Shown here piece by piece: positions 13,283 to 24,840 of a DNA stretch of 64,000 nt. The notes under the pieces were generated by a model that saw only the letters and a list, made by a program, of their open reading frames with translations, was not told where the DNA came from and ran no database searches. Position 1 is the stretch's first letter. Each line of letters starts with the position of its first letter. Source of the stretch: Chiloscyllium plagiosum (lineage: Eukaryota); contig NC_057749.1 in assembly GCF_004010195.1 (NCBI RefSeq), forward strand, positions 7,939,901-8,003,900. Reading direction: 5' to 3'. A program made the position numbers and the translations under genes.

Positions 13283-13547
13283 GATTTTACTGCTTCTCGG
13301 ATAGTTCATTGAGTGTTTATTGTTTGGAGGGATATAGGCCACGCTTAGGCAGGTGGGACTAATTTAGTTTGGGATAATGGTCAGCATGGACTGATTGGAC
13401 TGAAGGGTCTGTTTCCATGCTGTATGACGCATGACTCACAAAAAGTCATGTACGCCCACTATTCTCTCCAAAACAGATGCTTTTTTTTTAATCATTGCAA
13501 GTCTTTGTTGAAATTCAGTAAAAATTCAAAACATGAGTGGTCAGAGT

Positions 13548-14095
13548 GTCATAGAGTCACACAGTCATACAGCTCAGAAACAGATCCTTCAGTCCAACTC
13601 ATCCATGCTGACCAAGTTTCCCAAACTAAACTCATCACATTTGCCTGCATTTGACCTATATCACTTGAAACCTTTCCTATTAATGTACTTTTCTAAATGT
13701 CTTTTGAATGTTGTAACTGTACCTGCATCCATCACTTCCTCTGGCAGTTACGAACCATGCTCTATGTTAAAAAGTTACCCCGCAGGTCCCTCTTTTAAAT
13801 TAGATTACATTACAGTGTGGAAACAGGCCCTTCGGCCCAACAAGTCCACAGCGACCCACCAAAGTGCAACTCACCCATACCCCTACATTTACCCCTTACC
13901 TAACACTACGGGCAATTTAGCATGGCCAATTCACCTGAAATCTTTCTCCTCTCACCTTAAAAATATGCCTACTTGTTTCGAACTTCCCTACCCTAGAGAA
14001 AAGACCTTATCTCTGACCTTCATGATTTTATAAACCTCTCTAAGGTCACTCCTCAGCCTCTTATGCTCCTTATAACTCAGACCCTCAAGTCCCGG
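13548..14095 (-). mobile_element. CR1 3' fragment with a nested HE1 3' part (about 13800-13938)
   Basis: gtcatagagtca tail, CR1 3' UTR and ttttataaacctc; insert ttagattac...ggcaatttagcatggccaattcacct. Confidence 0.75.
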
Positions 14096-14149
14096 TAAAG
14101 TTAAACTGATCAATGAATAAATGAAGCATGATATTGTGCCAAAGAGTGT

Positions 14150-14365
14150 TGGTTAGTTCAGTTGGCTGGATAGTGGATTTGCATTGCAGAGTGATGCCAA
14201 CAGTCTGGATTCAATTCCTGCTCTGGCTGAGGTCATTGTGAAAGTCATGCCTCCTTGACATTGCCTTTGCCTGAGGTGACCCTCAGGTTAAACTCAGCAC
14301 CAGTAGTGTGCCTGTCTCTCTCTGTAATGAGAGAATGTCTCTCTTGGACTCTGGTGACTTTACTT
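14150..14365 (+). mobile_element. tRNA-headed SINE of a second family (copies near 32460-32640, 33440-33575, 43398-43615 and 46560-46680 minus)
   Basis: Recurrent ggttagttcagttggctgga...ttcaattcc...ccctcaggttaaact...ctctaatgagag...gactttac. Confidence 0.65.
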
Positions 14366-15964
14366 ATTGTGCTAAAAGATTTTCTTGACTGATTGCAGTG
14401 ATCAATCCCTATCTGTCCCCAAATGGATTGAACAGCCCATCCTGTGGCATCGAAATCCTTTACAAATTGTCAAGGCCACTTGATAAACAATGGTGGCCTT
14501 CCTGTTGGGTTAGTTGGGAGGAATGTGTTGGTGTCTCATGTTGAGTCACCCTGTGCTCATCAGAGGCTACCCAATGTGACATTCTCCTGTTTACTCTTTA
14601 CCCCTTTGATCCCAGAAACTCCTATCCACTCCTGTTACTGGTCCTAGTAAGATATGCACTTACCTGAAATCATCATCTTGGGACTACATGCAGTCCCAGC
14701 AGTGGCCACTGTTTATGGTGGTGCTGCTGAGTCAAGAGAACTGCCTGCAGTTTGATTATGCAGCAGCTCTTGGAGGCAAGGCACCCTTTTCTCTGAGCAT
14801 GGAATTTCTGTCTGAGCCAATCACACTCCAAGTGTTTATTTGAGGAAACCCCCAGTGTAAATTTCAACCCTCCAGGTCCAAATGTTATGTATTCTACACA
14901 ATCCATGCTACACCTATTGCACGTCAAGTTGGAACATGCTCATATAAAGTATCCTAAATATATGTTTACCCGAAAAGGTTAGAGAGAAATCTACCTAATA
15001 TGCATTTGAATTAATCAATATTAACGGCTCCCATCATTGCCCAAGGAAGACTAGAGGGATATTGGGCCAAATACTGGCAAATGGAACTACATTAATTGAG
15101 GATATCTGGTCAGCATGGACAAATTGGACTGTTTGCATTCTGTATAACTCTATGACTCTATTTTCCATTAGCAAGTTTTCAGAAGATTTTCCATTGATTA
15201 ATTACTTTCTTACTGAAATATTCATCTTCACTTTTATGAACAGAACTTGCTGTACAGATGTACTGCACATTTAGGTTTTGGGGTCTTTTCTTCTACACTG
15301 AATGGATACAGAAATTGAGGCTTTTTTTGGCAGGTCAGTTTGTAAAACAATCTGAAAACAATTAATGTTTCAGGGTCGAATATTATGGTCATTTGACCCA
15401 AAATGTTAACTGTAATTTCTCTCTACAGATGCTGCCAAACCTGCTGAACTTTTCCAGCAATTTCTGTTTTTGTTTCTGATTTACAACATCCGCAGTTCTT
15501 TTGGTTTTGTAGCCAATTTTCATGTTCTAGGGAAAGAATTGTCACTGATGAGCAAACATTTTTGTCAACTTCCCTTTAGTGTAGCCCTGGGCATGCATTT
15601 TATCCATCAGCTCTGAAGCATTCAATTCTTTTAATGGCACATGCGCGAGTTGTCATTGGCAGTTTGTCTGGTATCTGCTAATCCCTGGGATGATATTTCT
15701 TCTCTGGGAAATGTCACCCTTGCTACAAGTATTGTTGCCATGGTAACTGCCATTTGATTCTGGTGAAAGCTGCTTTTTGTCCAGTGCCCCAGTACCACTT
15801 TACATCCTTCGCAGTGAACCTGCAGATATGTTTAAACCCTGATGACAAATCAGGCAAGCATTTTTCTAACTAGTTCACAAATCCAAAGAAGCATTACAGC
15901 ATTTTTGCACCTTTTCTGAAATGGATCTATCTAAAGATTCCATAAGAAATGCATCTAGCTTCTA

Positions 15965-16275
15965 TCCGGAAGAGATTCACCAGGATGCTGCCTGGGCTGG
16001 GAGAGGTTCAGCTATTAAGAGAGACTGGATAGTTGTTTTACTTGGAGCAGAGAAGGCTGAGAGGGTGTACAAAGGTCTGAGAACATTCACAAGTGGGAAG
16101 GAACGTTTCCCCTTCGCAGAAGGTTAAACAATCAGGTGGTGTAGTTTTAAGGAGAGGAGCAGAAAGTTCAGCGGGGATTAGAGGAAAAACATTTTCACCT
16201 CGGAGAGTAGTGGATATCTGGAACCCACTGCTCAGAAGGGTGATGGAGGCAGGGACCCACAGGGCATTCAAGATA
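15965..16275 (+). mobile_element. Old CR1 3' fragment
   Basis: gaagagattcaccaggatgctgcctgggctgg...ttttcacctcggagagtagtggatatctggaac. Confidence 0.7.
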
Positions 16276-16356
16276 TGGTAGCGCGGTGGTTTGTACTACT
16301 ATCTCACAGTGCTCAAGACCTGGGTCCAAATCCAGCCTCAGACGAATATCTTTTTG

Positions 16357-16642
16357 GATTAGATTCCACACAGTGTGGAAACAGCCCTTTGGCCCAACAA
16401 GTCCGCACTGAAGAGTAACCCACCCAGACCCATTTTCCCCCGACTAATGCACCTAACACTATGGGCAATTTAGCATGGCCAATTCACCTGACCTGCACAT
16501 CTTTGCAATGTGGGGTAAACCAGAGCACCCGCAGGAAACCCATGGAGACACGGGGAGAATGTGCAAACTACACGCAGACAGTCGCCCAAGGCTGGAATTG
16601 AACCTGGGCCCCTGGTGCTGTGTGTGAGCCACCATGCCTCCA
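16357..16642 (-). mobile_element. HE1-type SINE
   Basis: gattagattcc tail; acctgcacatctttg...gtgcaaact...gctggaattgaacctggg. Confidence 0.85.
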
Positions 16643-16644
16643 CC

Positions 16645-17117
16645 ATCTGTGTGGAGTTTGCACGTTCTCCCCAGGTCGAAAAGTTTGGCACTGGAAAAAG
16701 CACAACAGGTCAGACAGCATCCAAGGAGCAGGTGAATCAACGTTTCGGGCACAAGCCCTTTGTCAGGAATTCTCCTGCTCCTTGGATGCTGCCTGACCTG
16801 CTGTGCTTTTTCCAGTGCCACACTTTTCAACTCTGACTCTCCAGCATCTGCAGTCCTCACTTTCTCCTCCATGTTCTCCCCATGTCTGTGTGGGTGTTCT
16901 CTAGTTTCCTCCCATAGTTCAAAGATGTGCAGGTTAGGGTGGATTGGCCCATGGGAAAGTGCCCATAGTGTGTAGGCTAGGCTGGTTAGCCATGGAAAAT
17001 GCAGTGTTATAGGGTGGTGGTGGGTGTGCGTGAGCCGGGATGGAATGCTCTTCGGAGGGTTGGTGCAAACTTGATGGGCTGAATGGCATGCTTCCACACT
17101 GTAGCAATTCTATGAAC
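16645..17117 (+). mobile_element. HE1-type SINE interrupted by a PLE fold-back (16674-16869)
   Basis: tctgtgtggagtttgcacgttctcccca, insert, catgttctccccatgtctgtgtggg...cttccacactgtagcaattctatga; 13-bp TSD with one CpG change. Confidence 0.85.
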
Positions 17118-18134
17118 TATCTTGGTGAACCCTTGAAATGCCATTGCACATAAGGCTATGGACCAGGGGCTGGAAAATGGGATTAGAATAGATGGATGTT
17201 TGATGTTTTGATGGGCTGAAAGGCCTCATTCCATGATGTAAAAACTGACATATAACTGTGTCAGGTGCTGCATCTCTGCTGTAGCTCTCACCCTGTCAGG
17301 ATTCAGGTAAAGTTCTTTTGCTTTATACTCAACTCCGGGCATCTTAAGTTTCATCTTTCTTCTCGTCCAGCTTCCGTTTTATCTGCTAATCTCTTGTTAG
17401 CAGTCAATTGTAGATTCTGGCTGTGGTCTACAATGGTTTTCTTCCATTGTATCCCCATATTGATAGACTAGCAGATCATGTCTGATTATTTCCACTTCAG
17501 GAGCGTCTCTGACTATCCCGTGTTATCAGTTAATACTCCTCTGGAGCAGTAGAGATGGTACTAGCAATATAGACTTGATGGGCCTAACACCCTCTTCTGG
17601 ATTTATGATTCAATAGAAATGCTGAAGAGCAGGCCCAACCAGTTGTATTTGCCAAATGACACTCATAATGAAGATAAAAGTAACTGCTGCTTTCATCCTC
17701 CTTCACTTGCCAATGTCCCTATTTTGCATCAATTTAGTAAAGAATTTTGCTTTGGCAATGTTGTGGTAAACCTTCTTCAACACTTGTCATAGGGTAGTGA
17801 GATGTTTTCAAAGCTTTAAGCAAATTCATCGATTGTTTGCATCCTCTAATCTTTCCAGGTTCTTTCACTGCTAATTCAATTTGTAGGAATTGTTTCTCTC
17901 TCATTTCCACTTCAGACTTTTCCTATCTTGTCTTTCAGGCTGGACTTGAGTGTGACTGGGGAAATCTCCTCAGTGGATAGTGAGTTGGTCTCACACTCTC
18001 ATCTGCTTGGAGATGATGTTGGCCATGAAGACTTTTAAGGAAAAGAAAATCTTTGTTATATGTTAAGATCTGTTCAACATTTAAAAAGCTCATTGACCTG
18101 AAAATAAATACTGCAAATCCTATCTGGACTTACC

Positions 18135-18315
18135 ATAGAATCGTAGAATCCCTACATTGCACATAGAGGCCAGTCAGCCCTTCAAGTATGCACTGACCCT
18201 TCGAAGAGCATCCCACTTCATCCTCTTAACCCCACATTTACCATAGTTAATTCACCCAGCCTGTACACTCCAGGGCAATTTAGCAGAGGCATTCCACTTA
18301 ACCTGCACCTCTTTA
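18135..18315 (-). mobile_element. HE1 SINE 3' part nested in the Gypsy relic
   Basis: catagaatcgtagaatccctaca...gggcaatttagca...aacctgcacctcttt. Confidence 0.7.
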
Positions 18316-18717
18316 GGCCAAGCGTTTTACCAGATCAACTTCAAACTTGCTTGGGCTCAGATATGTGGATCATGTACAATGTTTAGTATCTAGAATTCCA
18401 GATCTTCATTCACCGCCTTGCACTGGGCTGTCAGCTTCAACTGGCCTCTCGGGATGAGTATTTTTCAGTCATACAGTCTCAGTTCTATTTCTAAGGGCTT
18501 CATTTTTGGGTCATCACTTTGCACAAGTCTTTGAATCTCATGTAACGCCAGTGTTTATCTGATACTTCACAGTTACTTGATGATTTCCTTCTGGGGTCAT
18601 CATTCTAACAGTCACAAATCCTATCTGATGTTCCCAATATGTTGTGTATTTAATCATCAAAATCATCATTTGACATCCTTTCCATAGCTAGCTTCATAGT
18701 CTTGCTTTGCTTCTTTC

Positions 18718-18935
18718 GAGGAGAAAGTGAGGGCTGCAGATGCTGGAGATCAGAGTCAAGAGAGTGTGGTGCTGGAAAAGCACAGTAGGTCATGCAGCAT
18801 CTGAGGAGCAGGAGAATCAACGTTTCAGGCATAAGACAGTCCTGATGAAGGGCTCCTGCCAAAAACGTTGATTCTCCTGCTCCTCAGATGCTGCATGACC
18901 TGTTGTACTTTTCCAGCACCACACACTCTTGATTC
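18718..18935. mobile_element. PLE fold-back element with 11-bp TSD
   Basis: TSD ttgcttctttc at 18707-18717 and 18936-18946; mirrored arms; ctgatgaagggctcctgccaaaaacg near the centre. Confidence 0.88.
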
Positions 18936-19251
18936 TTGCTTCTTTCCAGCCTAATCACTTGAATGTAACATGGTTCAGCTTCTAGCAGTTTGCACACCTG
19001 CTTTCCCCATTGTGGACATGCTTCCTTTTCATTTGTCTGGTGTCTTCAGTGATATTTACATCCTGAAATCTGGCTTTCCTGCAAACATTTCTTCCTTCCT
19101 TCCATTATGTTTTGCTTTTTAGGCTAGGACCGCTATTTGGTAAAATTCAAATCCCTTCGCACATAAACACAATTTAGGGATGATTAGAGAGAGACAGGCA
19201 CACAATGCCTATTGAAAGCCCACACAATGTCAGCTGTACGCTTCTGACATC

Positions 19252-20081
19252 CTGGATGTAGGTTTGCTCGCAGACGTTTCGTCACCATGCTAGGTAACAT
19301 CTTCAGTGAGCCTCCTGTGGTATTGCCATTTCCTGTTCTTTTGCTCAGGGGTAAATGGAGTCCAAGTCAATGTGTTTGTAGATAGATTTCCAGTTGGAAT
19401 GCAATTCTTCTAGGAATTGTCGTGTGTGTCTCTGTTTGGCTTGTCCTGGGATGGATGTGTTGTCCCAGTCGAAATGGTGTCCTTCCTTATCTGTATATAA
19501 GGATACTAGTGAAAGAGGGTCATGTCTTTTTGTGGCTAGTTGATGTTCATGTATCCTGGTGGCTAGTTTTCTGCCTGTTTGTCCAATGTAGTGTTTGTTA
19601 CAGTCCTAGAATGTTATTTTGTAAATGACATTAGTTTTGCTCGTTGTCTGTATGGGGTCTTTCAAGTTCATTAGCTGCTGTTTTAGTGTGTTTTGCGGGT
19701 TTGTGAGCTACCATGAAGCCAAGGGGTCTGAGTAGTCTGGCAGTCATTTTTGAGATGTCTTTGATGTAGGGGAGAGTGGCTATGGTTTCTGGACGCGTTT
19801 TGTCTGCTTGTTTGGGTTTGTTGCTGAGAAATCAGCAGACTGTGTTCAGAGAAAAAGAACAGGAAATGACATCACCACAAGAAATGACATCACCAACCCA
19901 AAGAAACCCAAGCATATAAATAGAAAACAGGCATCATCAGCAGTGATTCGTCTGAAGGCTCGCTGAAGATGTTACCTAGTTATGGTGACAAAACATCTGT
20001 AAATGAATCTTCCAGCTTAGCAAACAAACCTATATCCAGAACCTCAACCTGATCTACAAATCTTCTCAAAACACACTAACG
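19252..20081 (-). mobile_element. Penelope-like element: GIY-YIG endonuclease end with terminal repeats in inverted orientation
   Basis: Minus translation NVIYKI..DCNKHYIGQTGRKLATRIHEHQ...EGHHFDWDNT; plus-oriented repeat about 19847-20080; TSD tctgacatc at 19243-19251 and 20082-20090. Confidence 0.9.
19273..19306 (-). ncRNA. Minimal type-I hammerhead ribozyme core (6-bp stem II family)
   Basis: Minus strand reads CTGAAGA-T-GTTACC-TAGCAT-GGTGAC-GAAA-CG-TC, flanked by gctca and tgcgagc as a possible stem I. Confidence 0.8.
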
Positions 20082-20195
20082 TCTGACATCATTTTACACT
20101 TTATGAGTTATATATTAAATGCATTATATTATTAAATGGAGGGTCTGTCTGCCCTATCAGGTGGGTACAAATGATCGCATGGCAATACTTTCAAG

Positions 20196-21228
20196 AATTT
20201 GATTTATTATTGTTACACATGCCTAGCTAGAGTGAAAAGTTTTGTTTTGCATGCAGTACAGACAGATCATAACATACAAAGTACATTCAGGCAATAGAAC
20301 AGTCATAGATAGTCATAGAGTCATAGAGATGAACAGCATGGAGCATAAAATACAATATTACAGGTGGAGAAAAGGTGCACAAAGAGTGAGATCAATATTA
20401 AATTTAAAATTTGAGAGCTCCATTCAGAAGTCTAATAATAGTGGGGAAGAATCTGTTCTTAAATCTATTCCTACATGTACACAAACCTTTATATCTTCAG
20501 CCTGATGGAAGACAGTGGAAGAGAGTATAATTGGAGTGGAAGGGGTCTTTGATGATGCTGATTGCTTTCCCAAGGCAGTCGGAAGTATAGATGGAGTCAA
20601 CAATGGAAGGCTGGTTTTCATGATGGACTGGGCTGTGTTTGCAATTCTCTGTAGTTTCTTGCTGTCTTGGGAATAGCAGTTGCCAACCAAGCTACGATGC
20701 TTTCTATGGTGCATTGAGAAAAGTTGTGAAGAGTCCTTGTGAGCATGTCAAATTTCCTTATCCTCCTGAGGAAATAGAGACATTGTTGTGCTCTCTTAAC
20801 CATTGCATGGACATGGGTGAACCAGGACAGATTGTTGGTGATCATCACTCTCAGGGTCTTGAGGCTGAACCATCTCCACCTCAACTCCAGGTATGGGCGA
20901 GCCCTCCACTCTGCTTCCTGAAGTCAACCTCCAGCTCCTTCCATTTTTCTGACATTGATGGAGAGCTAGTTTCATTACATCATGCTGCTAAGCACTCGAT
21001 CTCATTCCTGTATTCTGTTGCATAATTGTTTGTGATCCACCCTACAACAGGAGTGTCATCAGCAAACGTGTGAAGAATTTGGGGTGGAATTTGGACACTC
21101 AGTCATGAGTGTTTATGGACTATAGTAAGGGGCTGGGTATGGAGCCCTGCAGAACACCAGTGTTGAGTATTAAAGTTGAAGAGATGTCACCTATTCTTAG
21201 TGATTGCAGACTATGGGTCAGAAAGATG
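20196..21228 (-). mobile_element. Rex1/Babar-like LINE 3' portion, apparently inserted in a Deu-domain SINE (20135-20195 and 21229-21272)
   Basis: Minus ORFs AQQCLYFLRRIRKF, CTIESI and KKLQRIANTAQSI; flanks join as gtctgccctatcaggtgg...catggca and ggggagttatctctggtgtcctggc. Confidence 0.75.
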
Positions 21229-21954
21229 AGGGGAGTTATCTCTGGTGTCCTGGCTAATAATTATCCCTCCACAGGAATGTTCTAAACCGTTCTTCCATGT
21301 TTCTATGTCTGATGGAAGATCATTGACTTAAGAGGTGAATGCCTTCTACCTCTCATGCTCAATCCTGCTGAGAGTTTTCCACCACTTTTCTGCTCTTCTT
21401 CCAGTCATTTTGCTTCTGGAATTTGTGGATTAAAAAGGTTGACATGGCTTAAAAAGTGGCAAAAGTCTGCTTCAGTGACACCAGAAAGAATGAATGTAAT
21501 TACCAACAAAACATCACAACAATTTTATACATTGCAATTAAATCCTCACAGTTATCTGACAGGGCAGTGGTATGATCAAGGTTAGGTAGTAAGTCTCAAC
21601 TTAAATGTGCCTACCTTCTGAGCACAATAGTGTTGCAGATCATTGGCAATTGAATTATTTTAAGTCAAGTTCAGGCTTTAATAATTGGTTTAATTGATTT
21701 AGTAATTATGTAGTAATGCAATAGGACTTCACTTAATTCACTGCAAAAAATTGTGAGCTTGTAGCAATTACAGTAAAATAAGTTTGGCTGCCAAAACAAC
21801 AATTTTGGATATAAAAGGAATTATTTCCAGTATCTTGTTAATATTTATCCCCAACTCCAATATTTAGAGCTGAAATGTGTCTAACTATAATTCACCAACT
21901 GTATTTCCTTTCCCCCTTCCAACATGGCAAATTCTTCATGAGAAAAGCAAAGTC

Positions 21955-23133
21955 CAAGATGGCTCTGGCAAAGTAGGCAATGTCTGGGCTCCTCAGTGTG
22001 GGGCTCATCCACTCCGTCAGCTTTTTATTTTGTCTTTTTTATCCTTTTCTCATTCTTCTTCTCTTCTTTTAAAAATTCTTTTAGCTTTATTTTAGAAACT
22101 TACCTTGATAGCATCAGAGGGTCTGAGGGCTGGAGATTAGCAGACGAGAGGCCCGAGCAGAATGGAACAGCTAGTGGGCTAGAGCAGAGTGAGCTGGAAC
22201 AGAGTAGGCTGGACACCTGGAGTGGGACAACCAGTGGGCAGGAGGCCCAGAGTGGAGTGGGACAGTCACTGGACTGGAGGCCTGGAGCAGAGCAGGATGG
22301 CGGGTGGACTGGAGGCTGGAGTGCAGTGGGATAGCCAGTGGGCTGGAGGCCCAGTGCGGTGTGGGACAGCCAGTGGGCTGGAGGTCCAGTGCGGTGTGAA
22401 ACAGACAGCGGTCTGGAGGCCGGAGTGGAGCAGGATGGCCAATGGGCTGGAGGCCCGGAGTGGAGGAGGATGGCCAGTGGGCTGGAGGCCCAGAGTGGAG
22501 GAGGATGGCCAGTGGGCTGGAGGCCCGGAGTGGAGGGGGATGGCCAGTGGGCTGGAGGCCCACAGTGGACCAGGATGGCCAGTGGGCTGGAGGCTGGAGT
22601 GCAGTGGGACAGCCAATGGGCTGGAGGACTGGAGCGGAATGTGATGGCCAGCACGCTGGAGTTCTGGAGCAATGCGGAATGGTCAGTGGGCTGGAGGCCC
22701 AGTGCTGTGTGGGACAGTCAGCGAGCTGGGGGCCTGGAGTGCAGTGGGACGGTCAGTGTGCCCGGAGCAGAGCGGGTTGGGAGCCCGGAGTGGAGCAGGG
22801 ACAGTTGTTGGACTGGGGACCAGTGCAGATGGTCAGCAGCCTCCAAGTCCAGTCTAACCAGGTGTGGAGGCCCTCTATGTTGACTTACTGAAGGCCCTTT
22901 ATTGAAAAACTGTAATGTTTATCCTTCTAGCTTTATTATCTTTTTTTTAACTTATACTATGAATAACTGTACAGTAATGTAACTTTTTTTCTCTTTAAAT
23001 CTCTATTTTGTATTTTAGATTTGTACCTGAGTACTCTATACCTAAGATAGTGCCGTGTAGGGCAATGTTGTAAACTTTTCACTGTACTCCTGTACTCTGT
23101 ACTTGATTAAACATGACTATAAACCTAATTCTA
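21955..23133 (+). mobile_element. Non-autonomous retroposon (AAGATGGC head, Rex1/Babar-like tail) hosting a minisatellite
   Basis: caagatggc at 21955, then a T-rich tract and GC-rich array; 3' aaacttttcactgtact...catgactataaacctaattcta. Confidence 0.55.
22150..22830 (+). repeat. GC-rich minisatellite, unit about 35 bp (ccagtgggctggaggcccggagtggaggaggatgg)
   Basis: ccagtgggctggagg recurs with about 35-bp spacing (e.g. 22474, 22509); edges are more diverged. Confidence 0.92.
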
Positions 23134-23436
23134 AAGTTTTTGCTTCAAAGTATTGATGAACAAGGGGATAATTACTCATCTGATATCTTAGTAGTGGAAG
23201 TGCTGCTGTGGCACTGCGTTTTACAGGTTCAGTAAAGTCCTTGGCATAATCATGAAACTGTATTAAACTGGCTGATGTGGAATGTAACAATACAACATTA
23301 GATGTTAGAACAGGAGTAAAATATACAGCATGGATTTTGTGTGTTTTTCGTCTTCCTCTCCACTATCAATGACAAACTCCCATTGGCTCCACTCTCTAGT
23401 ACAAAAATTAAAAGAATAAGGAGGATAAGAATAAGA

Positions 23437-24840
23437 ATAAGTTGGAGAGACTGTGAGGTCTGAAGGCTGTTAAGTCCCCAGAGCCTGATGGTCTACATCC
23501 CTAGGGTACTGAAAGAGGTGGCTCTAGAAATCGTGGAAGCATTGGTGATTATTTTCCAGAGTTCGATACATTCAGGATCAGTTCCTGCAGATTGGAGGGT
23601 GGCTAATGTTGTACCACTTTTTAAGAAAGGAGCGAGAGAGAAAGAAGGAAATTATAGACCAGTTAGTCTGACTTCAGTGGTGGGAATGATACTGGAGTCA
23701 ATTATAAAGAATGAAATTCCGACACATCTGGATAGCAGTAACAGGATAGGTCAGAGTCAGCATGGATTTATGAAGGGGAAATCATGCTTGACTCATCCTA
23801 TGGAAGTTTTTGAGGATGTAACTCTGAAGATGGACAAGGGAGATCCAGTGGATGTAGTGTACCTGGACTTTCAGAAAGCCTTTGATAAAGTCCNNNNNNN
23901 NNNNNNNNNNNNNNNNNNNNNNNNNNNNNNNNNNNNNNNNNNNNNNNNNNNNNNNNNNNNNNNNNNNNNNNNNNNNNNNNNNNNNNNNNNNNNNNNNNNN
24001 NNNNNNNNNNNNNNNNNNNNNNNNNNNNNNNNNNNNNNNNNNNNNNNNNNNNNNNNNNNNNNNNNNNNNNNNNNNNNNNNNNNNNNNNNNNNNNNNNNNN
24101 NNNNNNNNNNNNNNNNNNNNNNNNNNNNNNNNNNNNNNNNNNNNNNNNNNNNNNNNNNNNNNNNNNNNNNGCAGGTAGTGAAGGCGGCTAATAGCATGCT
24201 GGCCTTCATAACAAGAGGAATTGAGTATAGAAGCAAAGAGGTGCTTCTGCAGTTGTACAGGGCCCTGGTGAGACCACACCTGGAGTATTGTGTGCAGTTC
24301 TGGTCTCCAAATTTGAGGAAAGACATTCTGGCTATTGAGGGAGTGCAGCGTAGGTTCATGAGGTCAATTCCTGGAATGGCGGGACTACCTTACGCTGAAA
24401 GACTGGAGTGACTGGGCTTGTATACCCTTGAGTTTATAAGACTGAGAGGGGATCTGATTGAGACATATAAGATTATGAAAGGATTGGACACTTTGGAGGC
24501 AGGAAACATGTTTCCGCTGATGGGTGAGTGCCGAACCAGAGGACGCAGCTTAAAAATACGGGGTAGACCATTTAGGACAGAGATGAGGAGAAACTTCTTC
24601 ACCCAGAGAGTGGTGGGTGTGTGGAATGCTCTGCCCCAGAGGGCAGTGGAGGCCCAGTTTCTGGATTCATTTAAGAAAGAGTTGGATAGAGCTCTCAAGG
24701 ATAGTGGAATCAAGGGTTATGGAGATAAGGTAGGAACAGGATACTGATTGAGGATGTTCAGCCATGATCATAATGAATGGTGGTGCAGGCTTGAAGGGCA
24801 GAATGGCCTACTCCTGCACCTATTGTCTATTGTCTATTGA
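23437..24840 (+). mobile_element. Well-preserved CR1 LINE RT region and 3' end spanning an assembly gap
   Basis: ORF 23488-24411: DWRVANVVPLFKKG..NYRPVSLTSVVG..QHGFMKGKSCLT..VYLDFQKAFDKV...LYRALVRPHLEYCVQFWSP; (CTATTGT)n tail. Confidence 0.95.

Larger units (their letters stand above)
13077..13300. mobile_element. PLE fold-back element with 14-bp TSD and a hammerhead core on each strand
   Basis: TSD atagttcattgagt at 13063-13076 and 13301-13314; arms about 13156-13222 and 13236-13302. Confidence 0.92.
17290..19130 (-). mobile_element. Decayed Ty3/Gypsy LTR-retrotransposon internal region (gag zinc knuckle, protease, RT)
   Basis: Manual minus-strand translation with frameshifts: CPQWGK..CANC*KLNH (about 19000), VKYQINTG and LRLYD (about 18480-18570), KALKTSHYPMTSVEE and DAK*GHWQVKEDESS (about 17690-17820), EVEIIRHDLLVY.GDTMEE (about 17440-17500). 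Confidence 0.75.

Noticed and set aside
21996..22891. Overlapping W/G/P-rich ORFs
   Set aside because: Products of the 35-bp minisatellite read in rotating frames
23488..24411. 307-aa ORF as an intact gene
   Set aside because: CR1 RT fragment read through a 277-N gap; it is 5'-truncated and ends at an in-frame stop before the normal C-terminus
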